IMG/VR virus record: IMGVR_UViG_3300045988_164075
DNA: 64,000 nucleotides
Origin: a virus
Direction: 5' to 3' (one strand)
A program made the position numbers and the translations under genes. Positions 30,177 through 41,836 of the stretch are shown here, piece after piece. Position 1 is the stretch's first letter. Every line of letters begins with the position of its first letter. The notes under the pieces were generated by a model. That model was not told the DNA's origin. It saw only the letters and a list, made by a program, of their open reading frames with translations, and did not search any database.

Positions 30177-30494
30177 ATGATTAATAAGAACTTCATTCAA
30201 TCTCTTCTTGAATCAGATAATTATTATTTCAGTGGAATTTAAACAACTACTGCTCTATCTACAGATAAAATTCAAGTTTCTTGATTTATAATTAAGTTAG
30301 CTCATAGAGGAACAGTTATCAAAGGGCAACATGTATTAATAAATAAGGTATATGGATCATGGACTCTTCAAGTTAGATTCTGTGATCCATATTCTGCTGA
30401 TGAAATAGATTTATTTGAAGAACCGATATCTATATCCGAAGAAGATATTGAATTAATTAAACAACTTAAAGTAACTCAAAATAAACATGACTAA
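30177..30494 (+). other. coding-looking region with an in-frame TAA (possible pseudogene or two short ORFs)
   Basis: ATG 30177, then TAA at 30240-30242. The same frame stays open with no ATG through one TGA to TAA 30492-30494 and overlaps the trx start. Confidence 0.3.
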
Positions 30495-30741
30495 GCTAAT
30501 TAAATTTGGTGCAGAATGATGTAACCCTTGTAAAGCACTAGCTCCTATCTTAAACGAAATTAAAAATCTAATTGAAATTGTAGAATACGATGTTGATGAA
30601 ACTCCAATTGAAGTACTTCAGCAGTATAAAATTAGAAATATTCCTGTTTTAGTTATTGAAAAGGATGGAGTTGAAATATGGAGGCATGTTGGTACTATTT
30701 CTAAAGAAGATTTAGAAAGTAAAATAAAAGAATATATTTAA
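30487..30741 (+). CDS. thioredoxin
   Basis: The active site is read A-E-TGA-C-N-P-C-K, which is WCNPC only if TGA 30517-30519 is Trp. NIPVLVI matches the cis-Pro region. Confidence 0.85.
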
Positions 30742-30756
30742 TTATATTGACTAGAT

Positions 30757-31704
30757 ATGAGATTAATTAAACCATCTTTTGAAATAATTGAACAAGAACC
30801 AGGTTTAGAAGGAATATATAAGGCTATTGAACTTGCAGGGAGAAATTGCTACAAATCTGAATCTAATATAAAAGAAGGAAGCGCAAAAGAATTTGTAGAT
30901 CGTATGGTTAAATCTAAACACCTTGCCATGTGTGAACATGGTACTGTATATTTAAAGAATGAAAATACTGATTCTAACGAATTATCTAAATATATAAATA
31001 ACAAATATTCTATCTATAAAAATAAATATATAGGAAAGAAAATTTTTCAGAGTGATATAGATTATTACTCTGAGTACATTACTACAAACTATAGATGTTT
31101 AGTAGAAAATAATTGGCTTGACGATTTACAATATCTCTGTGATCCTACAGAATTTCATGAAAAAAGAATCATGGTACGTTTTATTTGCGATCGTGGCGTA
31201 TCTCATGAGTTTGTACGTAATAGAGGGGCGTTTGGTAATGCTTTTGCCCAGGAAAGTACTCGTTATTGCAATTATTCTAAGAATAAATTTGGTAATGAAC
31301 TTACTTTTATTATTCCCTGTTGGATGGATGTTAATAAATTTCCAAAACATACTATTATTAGTCATGATGACTATGGAGATTTAATTAGTGAATATTATTT
31401 TCATCTTAATGGAAAGGAAACTTCTTATTTTAAACCCTATAAAATTACTCCTGAAGCTAATTTTATAACTGCTTTACAAATATCAGAACAACTTTATTTA
31501 GAATTATTACTTCAAGGCCAAACTCCTCAACAAGCAAGAGCAATATTACCTAATGCCTTAAAGACGGAACTTATAATGACAGGATATATTTCCGATTGGA
31601 AACATTTCTTCAAACTAAGAGATTCCAAAGCAGCTCATCCTCAAGCTTATGAATTAGCTCATCTTTTACACGAAGAGTTTATTAAAAGAGGTTATCTAAA
31701 CTAG
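30757..31704 (+). CDS. thyX: FAD-dependent thymidylate synthase (ThyX/Thy1-like)
   Basis: AIELAGRNCYKSE, HLAMCEHGTVYL and SHEFVRNR...QESTRY fit the ThyX pattern. Complete ORF, TAG stop. Confidence 0.75.
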   Translation: MRLIKPSFEIIEQEPGLEGIYKAIELAGRNCYKSESNIKEGSAKEFVDRMVKSKHLAMCEHGTVYLKNENTDSNELSKYINNKYSIYKNKYIGKKIFQSDIDYYSEYITTNYRCLVENNWLDDLQYLCDPTEFHEKRIMVRFICDRGVSHEFVRNRGAFGNAFAQESTRYCNYSKNKFGNELTFIIPCWMDVNKFPKHTIISHDDYGDLISEYYFHLNGKETSYFKPYKITPEANFITALQISEQLYLELLLQGQTPQQARAILPNALKTELIMTGYISDWKHFFKLRDSKAAHPQAYELAHLLHEEFIKRGYLN

Positions 31705-31712
31705 ATATAAAA

Positions 31713-32714
31713 ATGTTAGAATTACTACTAAAAATAGCGCAAGAAAAAGTAGGTTGCGATTTTGATTATTATAAAGGTTATAATTTACTTAAAGATAGTT
31801 TAGAAGGACTTGATGAACAAACTATTAATAAATTATTAATTGGAGAATATTCGTTAAAATATACTGATAATAACAAAGGAGAAGTTGTAGATGTACCTCA
31901 AACAAATCCCTTGAATATTTTATCTTTAATAGAATGTAAGCTTAATAGTATTGCTGATGCTTATAAAGATATTCAATTTGGACAATTTGTTTACTGGAAG
32001 AAAAGCATTACTATTGATATTACAGATTATATTAAATTAACGGATTCATCTCAGAACTATATTACCACACTATTAGATGATCCGATTATATACGCTTATA
32101 ATAGTCTAAAAGAAAGTTTAGATAAAGATCTATTTACATTTGCTAATATTAGTATAATTATTGAGAAATTATTTCCTAATAATACTGATATATCGGATCG
32201 AGTTTCTAAAGCTTCTAAACAACTACGAGAGATTATTTATAAGCTAAATCATCCAAGTAGTATTGCAACATTATATGATAAAGGAAAACTTGATCGATAT
32301 ATTACTACTCAACTAGAATTAGATAAATTAAGTGAAATACATCCGTCTTTACTTTGTTGTAATGCAGGATATTTTGCACCTGATGGAAAATATTATGGTT
32401 TAAATGGAACTAAAGCAAATTTTTTACATATAAAGATTGCAGATTTACTTCAACAACAAGAGATTATTCCAAAGGATTGTAATACTCCAGATAGGTGGTT
32501 AGAAGAACATGGATGGATTAAACAATCAGGTTCGATGTTGTTATATGGTGGGTATTTTTATAATATATCTATTACTAAAGAACAGATAACTTCTATAGAA
32601 CGAATCCTTAGCCAAAGTTATAATTATATTGAACTTCAACATATTGAAAATTCAATTCCTGTAACAAGATTATCCGAGATAGAGGATATTCAATTACGAA
32701 AACATTTTAGTTAA
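31713..32714 (+). CDS. hypothetical protein (333 aa)
   Basis: Complete ORF with no TGA. Confidence 0.7.
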   Translation: MLELLLKIAQEKVGCDFDYYKGYNLLKDSLEGLDEQTINKLLIGEYSLKYTDNNKGEVVDVPQTNPLNILSLIECKLNSIADAYKDIQFGQFVYWKKSITIDITDYIKLTDSSQNYITTLLDDPIIYAYNSLKESLDKDLFTFANISIIIEKLFPNNTDISDRVSKASKQLREIIYKLNHPSSIATLYDKGKLDRYITTQLELDKLSEIHPSLLCCNAGYFAPDGKYYGLNGTKANFLHIKIADLLQQQEIIPKDCNTPDRWLEEHGWIKQSGSMLLYGGYFYNISITKEQITSIERILSQSYNYIELQHIENSIPVTRLSEIEDIQLRKHFS

Positions 32715-33433
32715 TGCAAAAAATAATCTCCGTTCAGGGGAACAAGTGAAGTGGTAAGGATACTGTAGCAAAAATGTTACAATATCTTCTTAGTACTCCT
32801 AAAATATTACATAAATATGATTTATACTGTAGATTAAAATGATTTAAAAAAGATTATAAAATCGTACGTTATGCTGATAAAATGAAAGAAATGTTAGCAA
32901 TATTATTAAATACAAACGTACAAAATTTTGAAGATAGAGAGTTTAAAGAGCAATATTATGTAGATTTTAATACGTTGCAGTTAATTCACGTTGATGAATC
33001 TAATATTAATGCTTTTAAAGATAAAATATTGTCAGATACAAGATTTACAAAAGAAATCAAACGTGTAAATCCAAATTTGACAAAAAACTATTTTCTATCT
33101 ATTAGACAAATATTACAATATTTTGGAACAGAAATTATGCGTTTTTATTTTGGAGATAGGTTATGAATTCTGTCTACTTTAAATAATAGAGGATCGAATA
33201 TTATTATTTCTGACCAAAGATTTATTATTGAAAATATTACTACATATAATTTAGGTGCTGTTATTATTCATATAACTCGACCTGGCTGTGAAAAAAGTTC
33301 TCATTCTTCTGAAACAGAATTAGATAAACTTTATCAAGATAAAGCCTATTCTTATTTAATTGAAAATAACGGAACATTGAGAGATTTATTTAATAATTGT
33401 AAAAAATTAGTTCAAGATGGCTTGTTCGATTAA
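32714..33433 (+). CDS. deoxynucleoside monophosphate kinase (T4 gp1-like)
   Basis: IISVQGNK-TGA-SGKDTVA gives the P-loop G-x-K-W-SGKD. ISDQRF motif present. Three in-frame TGA. In frame with ORF 32882-33166. Confidence 0.7.
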
Positions 33434-33575
33434 AAGATGTCCTATTTGTGAATCAAATAAAATTTCTCATGAATATCAAGATGCAGTTTATGGGAAATAT
33501 ATACGTGTATTTAATCAAGGCACTAAAGTTGAGAAATGTACAGTTTGTAATAATGGTACTCCAAAACGAAAATAA
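33417..33575 (+). CDS. small zinc-ribbon protein
   Basis: MACSIKRCPICES...CTVCNN has two CxxC pairs. TAA stop. Confidence 0.5.
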   Translation: MACSIKRCPICESNKISHEYQDAVYGKYIRVFNQGTKVEKCTVCNNGTPKRK

Positions 33576-33590
33576 TAACATATAAAATAA

Positions 33591-33629
33591 AAATACCCTA
33601 CATGCTTCGGCGTGTAGGGTATTTTTTTT
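33591..33629. terminator. bidirectional rho-independent terminator at the convergence point
   Basis: ataccctacatg-cttcgg-cgtgtagggtat has a UUCG-type loop. It is flanked by an A-run upstream and T8 downstream, so it can serve both strands. Confidence 0.75.
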
Positions 33630-36600
33630 AAAATATAGATATAGATGTACCTAAACCTCGAAGTGCTCCAAAATTTTCAGTTACTCCTACTCATAATTCT
33701 CTATCTCCTGTTAGTACTTCTCCAACATTATTAAACATGTTTTTAAATATACTATATGCGGGAGGATTTAGATCTCCAATCATTCCACTTATAATATTTT
33801 GTACAGGACCATCTTGAAAAGATCCATAAAGAGCACTTGCAGTTCAACGTTTTATTCACGGTTCCTCTTTGATATCATCTCAAGAAAATAGAGCTTTTAC
33901 TAATAAACCTAATAATAACATAAGTAACATATCATGTAAGAAAAGGAATAGATTTGCTCTTTTTATATCGTCTTTTCATAGTTTATTAAACTCAGATGTA
34001 TTAAGAGTAGATAATGCTTTTAAATACGAAAACATAGACCACATTATTCCTTCCTGAGGTCTACCTACTCATTCATAGAAATATTCTCATTTATCTCCTT
34101 CTTTAAGTTCATTCTCAAGTATAATATCTACTATAGGCTGTCCATTTTCATCAAACGTAATTCGTCTTACAAATTTATTTCCATTTTCATCGACTGCTAT
34201 TTTATAACTCCCCTGATCATAGGTACCAGGCTTTAGTACTCATTGTTCTAGTTTTGCAGATATAAAAGTTCGGAATTGTAGAAAAAAAGATCCTAAAAAC
34301 ATGTGCTTTGCTAACATCTGAGTATTTTTATCGTAATGTCCAAAACACATATCTGCAAATGATTTAATACTAGCAGATTCTCTTGCTGTATAAGCTTTAG
34401 GCAAAGCGTCTCCATCTTTTAAGTTATATCCTTCTCTATTAAACTGTTCTAGCATCGTGATATATAAAGCATGTTGTTTACGGTATTCTTCGCTATTTAC
34501 GTTAGGATTAGCAGAATGTAATAAGCTGAAACGTTTATCCTTTTTAAAATCATATACTAATTCTTCATTAACAACACTGTGCGCATCAAAACATCCATCA
34601 TGCATCATCTTTGCAACTAATATTGTCATTCGATGTAACATATCAGGAGCTCTTGAAAACATATATAACTGATTACTATCAAAGTTTAATATTCCCATTT
34701 TACTTAAACTCATCTCTCGATGTAATTGATCAGCATCAGAATTTGCCATACCGTATTGTCAATTCATATACTCTAACAGTGTAATTTTTCCAATAGACTT
34801 TGGAGCTTCCTTTAATACTGTCGTCATTGCTTTAGTAAAATCTTTCATAGTAAATTGATCCTTACCATAAATTCCAGCAGCAGTTCTAGATAATCCAATT
34901 CAAATGCCCTGTAATGTTTCTCTAGTACCTGATTTAAGGTTAAATCCAAGTGTAGTAGCTGTTGCTACTTGTTTTAGCATAGCCATAAACTTATATGCTG
35001 GTTGAAGTCCCTCGTCCATTATAGGTTCGTTATAGATATTTAATTGAGTATACTTTTTTATAAATTCAATCAGATTATCTACCTTTTGACCATAAAAGAA
35101 TTCTTGACACAATAATCCAATTTTAAATCCTTGAATTAAAGGAAGAAATTTAGAACTTACCTCTTCTGTTACGTATACATGTAAATAACTTCTAATAAGA
35201 TCTTCAAGATTAGTTTCCATACTCTCTACACCTTCATCATTAAGTATCTTGTTACGTGTAGATTGATCAATTCTGAATTTATTATATACTTCTAAACTAT
35301 CTCGTTCATAATTAGTTTTTTCCTCCTCTTGAGCATTAAAAAGTTGTCTAAAATTAGTTGCTTCTTGATAACTAAATTTTAAAGCTTTTCATACTCCTCC
35401 TTGTTTAGCTTGAGATTGAAATGAACCAATCATTAATGGAACTTGATAATATTCTCCAGATGCTTTTGCCTCTTCAATCGCAGTCTCATTACCTCTAAAT
35501 TTAATTTCATTAACTATTTCTAGAAATGTTGAAACTAATTCTTTGTCTGCTCCTGTTAATTCTTCAGGATGTTTTAAAGAAAATTCTTTTGCGATTTTTC
35601 CATTAGCATCTTTAACAAATAGATCATCATAAAATCTAATTTCCCCTCCAAATGCTTTTATTTGATGATGTGCCTTATAAAAACGTTGAAATACTCCTTG
35701 AATTTTTTTATTTCATTTTAATTCTTCTTTACGAATCTGTTCCTCATGTAATGCAATCAATCTACCCATTTCTTGGATATTTTTTGAATCAGCATTACTA
35801 ATACTAGTTATATTGATTCCTAAACTTACTCCTCCTTTAAATCCAATTCAATTACTCGGGTCTTTTTCAATATAGTATCTGTATCCATTTAACTGATTTA
35901 ATGCTTTTAATAATAAACTGTACGATACTCATATTGGATCATTAGGATTAGGCTTTTCGTTTACTAATTTGCGATATTTATTACGTAGTGCTTTAATTCT
36001 ACTAAGCACTCATTCTTTTTTACTTTCTAAGGTATTTTCATCAGGACCTATAGTTCAATTCATTAATTTATTTCATTCTTCCTCTTGAATTAAGTCATTA
36101 ACTGTAAATAATACAGATTCTAATGTATTTAGAAAGTTATTTGATGATAAATTGTTTTTAATGTTTGCAATTCTACAAAGTCTACTAAAATTATCTAGTA
36201 AAGTTTCATTATATTCTTCTACTCCTTGTGAAGTTCAAATATTTAAACTTTTAATTCGGCTAATTTTAGTTCCAGAAATTAAATTACTGTACTCATTTAA
36301 GTAAATCATTACTTTCATTAAATCAATATTACCATTAGTAGCAGGTAAAACAGTCTTAGGATCAATACCTTTATCTGTTAGAAAAGTACCTAATATAGAT
36401 GTACCTTTAGCTAATTTAAGGGTTTGATTTAATTCATTATTAGTAATAGAAACAATCTCTGTAACTCCTTCTTTTTCAAAAATAAATATACCTAAATCGT
36501 TTAAAATACTATTTTTTCTAAATAGCCATTTTTGATCAATATACTGTTTAAAATGTTTTTCTAAAAATACATCTTTATTAACACTATCGTCTGGAGAAAG

Positions 36601-38073
36601 TTCGCTTGTTGTTATTTCCCCACGTATCGCAGCTTCAATTCGATCTGCTAATGTTGCTAGTTCTCCTGCTTTACGTTCATTAATTCTATTAATATATGAT
36701 AACAGTTCTTTTTCTAATTCAGATTCATTTTTAGCATAATATACTTTGCGATTATATTTATCTCAAAATTTATATATACCCTTAGCAGATTCTTCTGTAT
36801 TTTTTGGAATACGTTTTACAAAAGTTGGAGAGTTCCTATAATACTCGTATGTTGAATTAGTAGTTTGAACTTTTCTAGATAAGGTTACATCGGGGAATAG
36901 TGTATTAAATGGTTTGGCTATTTTATCAATTAAATCAATATTTGTATCTTCATTTGGACGAATTGGAACAATTTTCTTAACATTTTCGTAAATTTTTCCA
37001 CCAGGCTCCGTGCCTCTAGGATTTCTTACAATTTTTGTAGAATCAAAAATAATTTCATTTAAATTCTCTACTGTTAAACCATTAGTATTGTAAGATAAAT
37101 CTAATTGAATTGGAACTACATTTATATCTGCGGTTTTAATTCCATATTGTTCTAAAATCATCTTGTAGAAGGTCATTTGATATGATGCAGAAAGTTTTTT
37201 AGTACTATGTCAAGTATTATTTAACTTATTAATATCATTTCGCATCATATCTCAGTCTCCAACTCCTTTACGGGATACTTTGAAATCATATATATGCGCT
37301 ATTCCATTCTCATCTATAACTAACATATCGATTCGTCCGTTAATAGAATTAATTGGACTGTTATCTTCAATAACTTTCCCATTATTATCTATTAAATAAC
37401 GATTACCTTTACGATAATTTTCATTAAGTTCCCGAGATTTAACAGCTAATTCTGTAAATATTTTTGCTTCATTGCCGTATCTACGTTTTATATCAGCAAT
37501 AAATTCTTTAAATTCACTAACAAATTCTTCCTGCTGTTCTATACTAAATAAGGAACTTTTAAAATTAGATTCTCTGCCTTCAATAACAGCTTGTGCTAAA
37601 TTATGAATTTCTGTTCCATAATTAGTAAGTTGTTTTCAAGAAGTTTCTTCCTGTAATACTAAATCTTTAGCTGTACTTTCAGATAAACCCGTAGCTAATC
37701 ATTCTTTGATACGCTTTTCTCTTCAAGCTTTAATATTAAATGGAGTAATAATATGTTTACTTAAGTCAGTAGGATCTCCAAATTCAGTAATGGCTCTAGT
37801 AACAGAAATAGAATTAGGAATTTTTAATATAACTTCACTATCTCCATCTTCGTTAATACGGATATTTTCTACAGCACTTTCTTTATATTCTAATTTAGCA
37901 AAATTCAAGTTATTTAAAGTTGCTGCTTGTGGAGTAGTTGAAAATGTTCTATCTAATTTAACAGTAACATTTTTATCCGCATATTGTGATTTAAGAAAGG
38001 AGTCCAACTCAAAATCAGAGTTGAACGTCCTTTCCTTTCCATCTATATTAATTGTAAATATACATTTACTCAT
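33628..38073 (-). CDS. giant virion-block protein (1481 aa) with a PD-(D/E)XK-like nuclease motif
   Basis: ORFs 37723-38073, 36763-37176, 34900-35220 and 34240-34749 share one frame and are joined through many TGA. The motif GRIDMLVIDENGIAHIYDFKVSRK lies near 37270-37340. TAA at 33628-33630. Confidence 0.75.
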
Positions 38074-40585
38074 AGCAATCCTCTTTTATTGTTTTATCTG
38101 AAATTAAACTATTTTTAATAGTAGCTAATTTTTGATTCAATTTTATATATTCTATATTAACTAGATCTGTAAATCCTCCCGATATAATTCCACTACTAAA
38201 AGTTTCTAATAAATTTTCTAATGAAGAATTCATTAAACTTTGTATATTAATATCTCCTGTATTAATATCGAATACCTGATTAATTACAGTTTTAGTAATA
38301 TTGTCTGTATCAGTTAATAAATTATTCTCGGGTCATTCGTAAACCTTATTTTTAAAATATTCTCCTAATATTGTTGCAAATACTTCTTCGTCAAGATCAG
38401 ATCCATGTTTATTTGCATACATCGGATTACTTGCGATCTCGTTGTATTTTGGATGCGTAACAATACTAGATAATATATTATAATAAACCTCTGGACTATT
38501 CTCTTTAATTCCTGCTAATACTAAATGTGTAAACTCGTGTAATGGAGCAGTTATACTAGCTTTATCTATGTTAATAAATACAATTCCATCTTGTATAAAA
38601 GCTTCAGAGTTTCGAATAGATATATCGTCACTAGTATTTATATCATTATCTGTAATAACTTGTATTTGTGATTCAGGATATATATTTCTTAGTCGACTTG
38701 TTATTGCATTTAGAATTTCTGCTGAATTTAACTCTTGATGATAATAAGAAGTTGTCCTAGGTTTAATTTCAACCAGTTTGTTCTTAGCTAAATTTGCATT
38801 GTTACCTTCTAGAAATGGCATATTTAAAGTAAAATATGAAGTATCTATATTATGCAAATTAACTTCTTGTCTATTTACAGATATTATTCCAGCGTCATTA
38901 TCTCGTTCAATATTTAACTTTTTTGGATTATTAGTAACAATACCTAAACGATACTTAGCATCTCTAATATCATAATTAATAGATTTATTCATGGAATAAT
39001 CTAAATTTGATAAATATGAATAAAATTGAGTTGCTAATAAATTACTTGAATTAATTTTTGTAATATCTTCAAATAACCTCGTAAATGATCTTTGTCCAAA
39101 TGCATCTTTGTTCACAACTAAATTATATAAATAGAATAAATCGATAACGTTTCATCCATCAAACGTCTTTCCATTTAACAAGTTAAAATCGTGTAATATT
39201 GCTTCATACAATGTTTGATTTCTTAAAGACTTATCTATTTGCATCATATTTAGAGGTAACTTATAAAATACATTTGGTTTATCGGAGTATGGATTATTTA
39301 TAGTTCCTCATGTTAATAATTTAATAAATAAATTATTTGCAAAATTTGGATCAGATTTTAAAGTTGGAATAATATATTCGTCCATTAAACGTTTAAATGT
39401 TGCTATATTTTCAACATTATTTAGATTAATTTCAAATCCTTCAATAGAGTTTGTTTTAACTATTCCAAATTTATTTGCAAAATATTTTTGTCCAATAGGA
39501 ATGTGTATTGATCTATCTAGAGTTTGAATTCAATTATATATAAATACATCATTTATATATTTAGATAATTCTCTATATTCGATTGCATTTAATTTATTAT
39601 CTGGAGAAACTAGTTCGTTAGCTATTTTAGTTTCAAAATAATTTTTTGCTGCTAAACTATCAATTGCAGTTCTATCTAGATATAATACCTGAAACATTTC
39701 TTTGAAATGTGGAACTGTAGTAATAGCTTCCAATATATTAAATGTTGATTTAACTTTTTCGTATCTATTTATATATTCTTGCTGTTTTATAGGATCATTT
39801 AAGAATAGCATTAAATCAAAGTTAGGATTCTGATCAAATCGCTTATTAACAAAGGCTTCAATTCTTTTAATGTAATTATATTTATCAAAAGAACTAGTTC
39901 TGATACCTTGATTTATTCCTGCCATTGCTCCAAGAATAGATTGTTCCTCAGTTGCAGGTAATACTTTATTTACAATAAATCGCAGATTATCAATTTGTTC
40001 CTGTAAGTTAGGAGTATTATCTAGTTGAAGTTTTCTTGTTATAAAAGATTTAACTACTTTATATGCATTAATATAATCCTCTTTAGTTAATTTAATATTC
40101 AAATTAATATTTACTCCATCTTCAGACTCATCGAAGAATTCATCAAAGAATTCTTCAGAATAATCACTATATTCTGCGAATAGTTCTTCATCAACATCTT
40201 CACTTAGATAAGCAGATTTACGTTTAGGAATATTATTTAAGATATTATTTTCAAGTTCTTCTAACTTATTAGCATCGTTAATAACAGTTTCTCAAAAATA
40301 TTTCCTATCTACAAACGGCTCAATTAGTTTAAAGAAAGACGTTTCACTTAAATAAGGTAATATATGTTCTCCTAAATAAAAATTAATTGCAGATTCGATG
40401 GAAAATTTATACGTACTTTTATCAAATATATCTCCATCCGTAACCTTTACCACATAATTAAATATAGGGGAAGTCATTATATCTGCAATTTGATCGAATG
40501 ACATACCAGTTATCAACAAATGTGTATAAATATCTACGAACTTAGCACTTGCATTAATTTTTGCTAATATAAGCTCTTTAGCATT
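38066..40585 (-). CDS. giant RNA-polymerase-like protein, exon 3 (C-terminal part with HExxH)
   Basis: It starts NAKELILAKINA. ORFs 40292-, 39530- and 38333- share a frame through TGA. APLHEFTHLV is a zincin HExxH motif near 38524-38538. TAA at 38066-38068. Confidence 0.7.
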
Positions 40586-40942
40586 CAATGATGTTACAAA
40601 TATACCGTTTCCGTATATTTTCTTATAGTTTCCTATAAGTTCAGACTATATCTTCACATAAATGTGTCTCGCACTTCAGATTCACTTGAATCTTACGTTA
40701 AAATAACTAGTCGTTGCTCTTTTTTCCAAGTAATTGGAAACTTAGATCAGGATTGTCCAATCTTTAACCTTGTTACTATACATGAATAATTAATTCATCC
40801 ACAATATTATTACTAACATTGTTTAGTAGTTAAAGCTCTAAGGAGTTTCCCTGAATTCACGAGATTTTACACGGACATTATAAAAAATCTTGTATATATT
40901 TTAATTTATACAAAAATTTTATCTGCAGCGTTAAAAATTTCT
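40586..40942 (-). mobile_element. ORF-less group I-type intron (357 nt)
   Basis: Removal joins ...LSAATD to NAKELIL. The minus strand contains ttcagggaaactcc, gacaatcctgat, agcaacgactag and gatatagtctgaacttataggaaactataag. The 5' exon ends in U and the intron ends in G. Confidence 0.7.
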
Positions 40943-41836
40943 ATCCGTTGCTGCTGAAAGAAGAGCACTTATAGATAAAGAAGCATCAGATACATTTGCA
41001 GTATCTCTAAGTTGCTCTATTTGTTGTTTAATATTAAATACAGTTCCATTACTTAACGTAATAGTTTCAATTTGATTATCTTTTAAGAATTTTACAATAG
41101 GGTCTAGATTAATATTTGCTACAATTCCATGATTGTGTATTCGAGTAGTAAACATTAACCGATCAAGTAATTCTACGGCTTCATCATTCCTTCCTGTTTT
41201 TAATAGATCAATAAGTTCACGATATTTCGTATTGTAATAGTTAGAAAGTAAGAAATATACTTTAAGCGATACCGCAGTAATACCAATCACTTCTTTACCT
41301 ACCATATTTTGTTCTTGCATAACAAACTTACTTGCGGGATTATCAGAAGTTCTTAATTTTTCTTCTTTTCCTAATGCTGATTTCTGAGCAGCCTTTTGAG
41401 GATCATCCATATTAATAGGAATGTGTAGATTAATTTGATTCTTTGGATTTAAAACTACATCTAAAATTCCATCAACAACCCTATTTTTTAAACCCTCGTT
41501 TATTTGCTCTGTAGTAAGTTCTGTTTGTGCATGTTTATTTAAGTCTCTCAAAAATATATAGCGACTGTTTGGTTCTACCGATTCGTCAAATGCAATACTA
41601 TTGTAGTCTCCTTCTAAAATCGATTTAAATATTTTTAAATTTCCATTTAACAGTACATCATCTACTTCCTCTTTCGTTACATAATATCCATTTTCATTAT
41701 CAATAGTATAGTGTTTGTGATTTGGTAAAGGAAGTTGTCTAACTTCATTTAAATCATATGTATCTGCTAATCTTGAAGGATAATATAAAGTTCCATCGTT
41801 TTTAACAGAACATCCAAGTATATACTGTTTATCAAT
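40943..41836 (-). CDS. giant RNA-polymerase-like protein, exon 2
   Basis: It begins IDKQYILGC, the second half of DYD|IDK, and ends ...LLSAATD. Confidence 0.75.
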
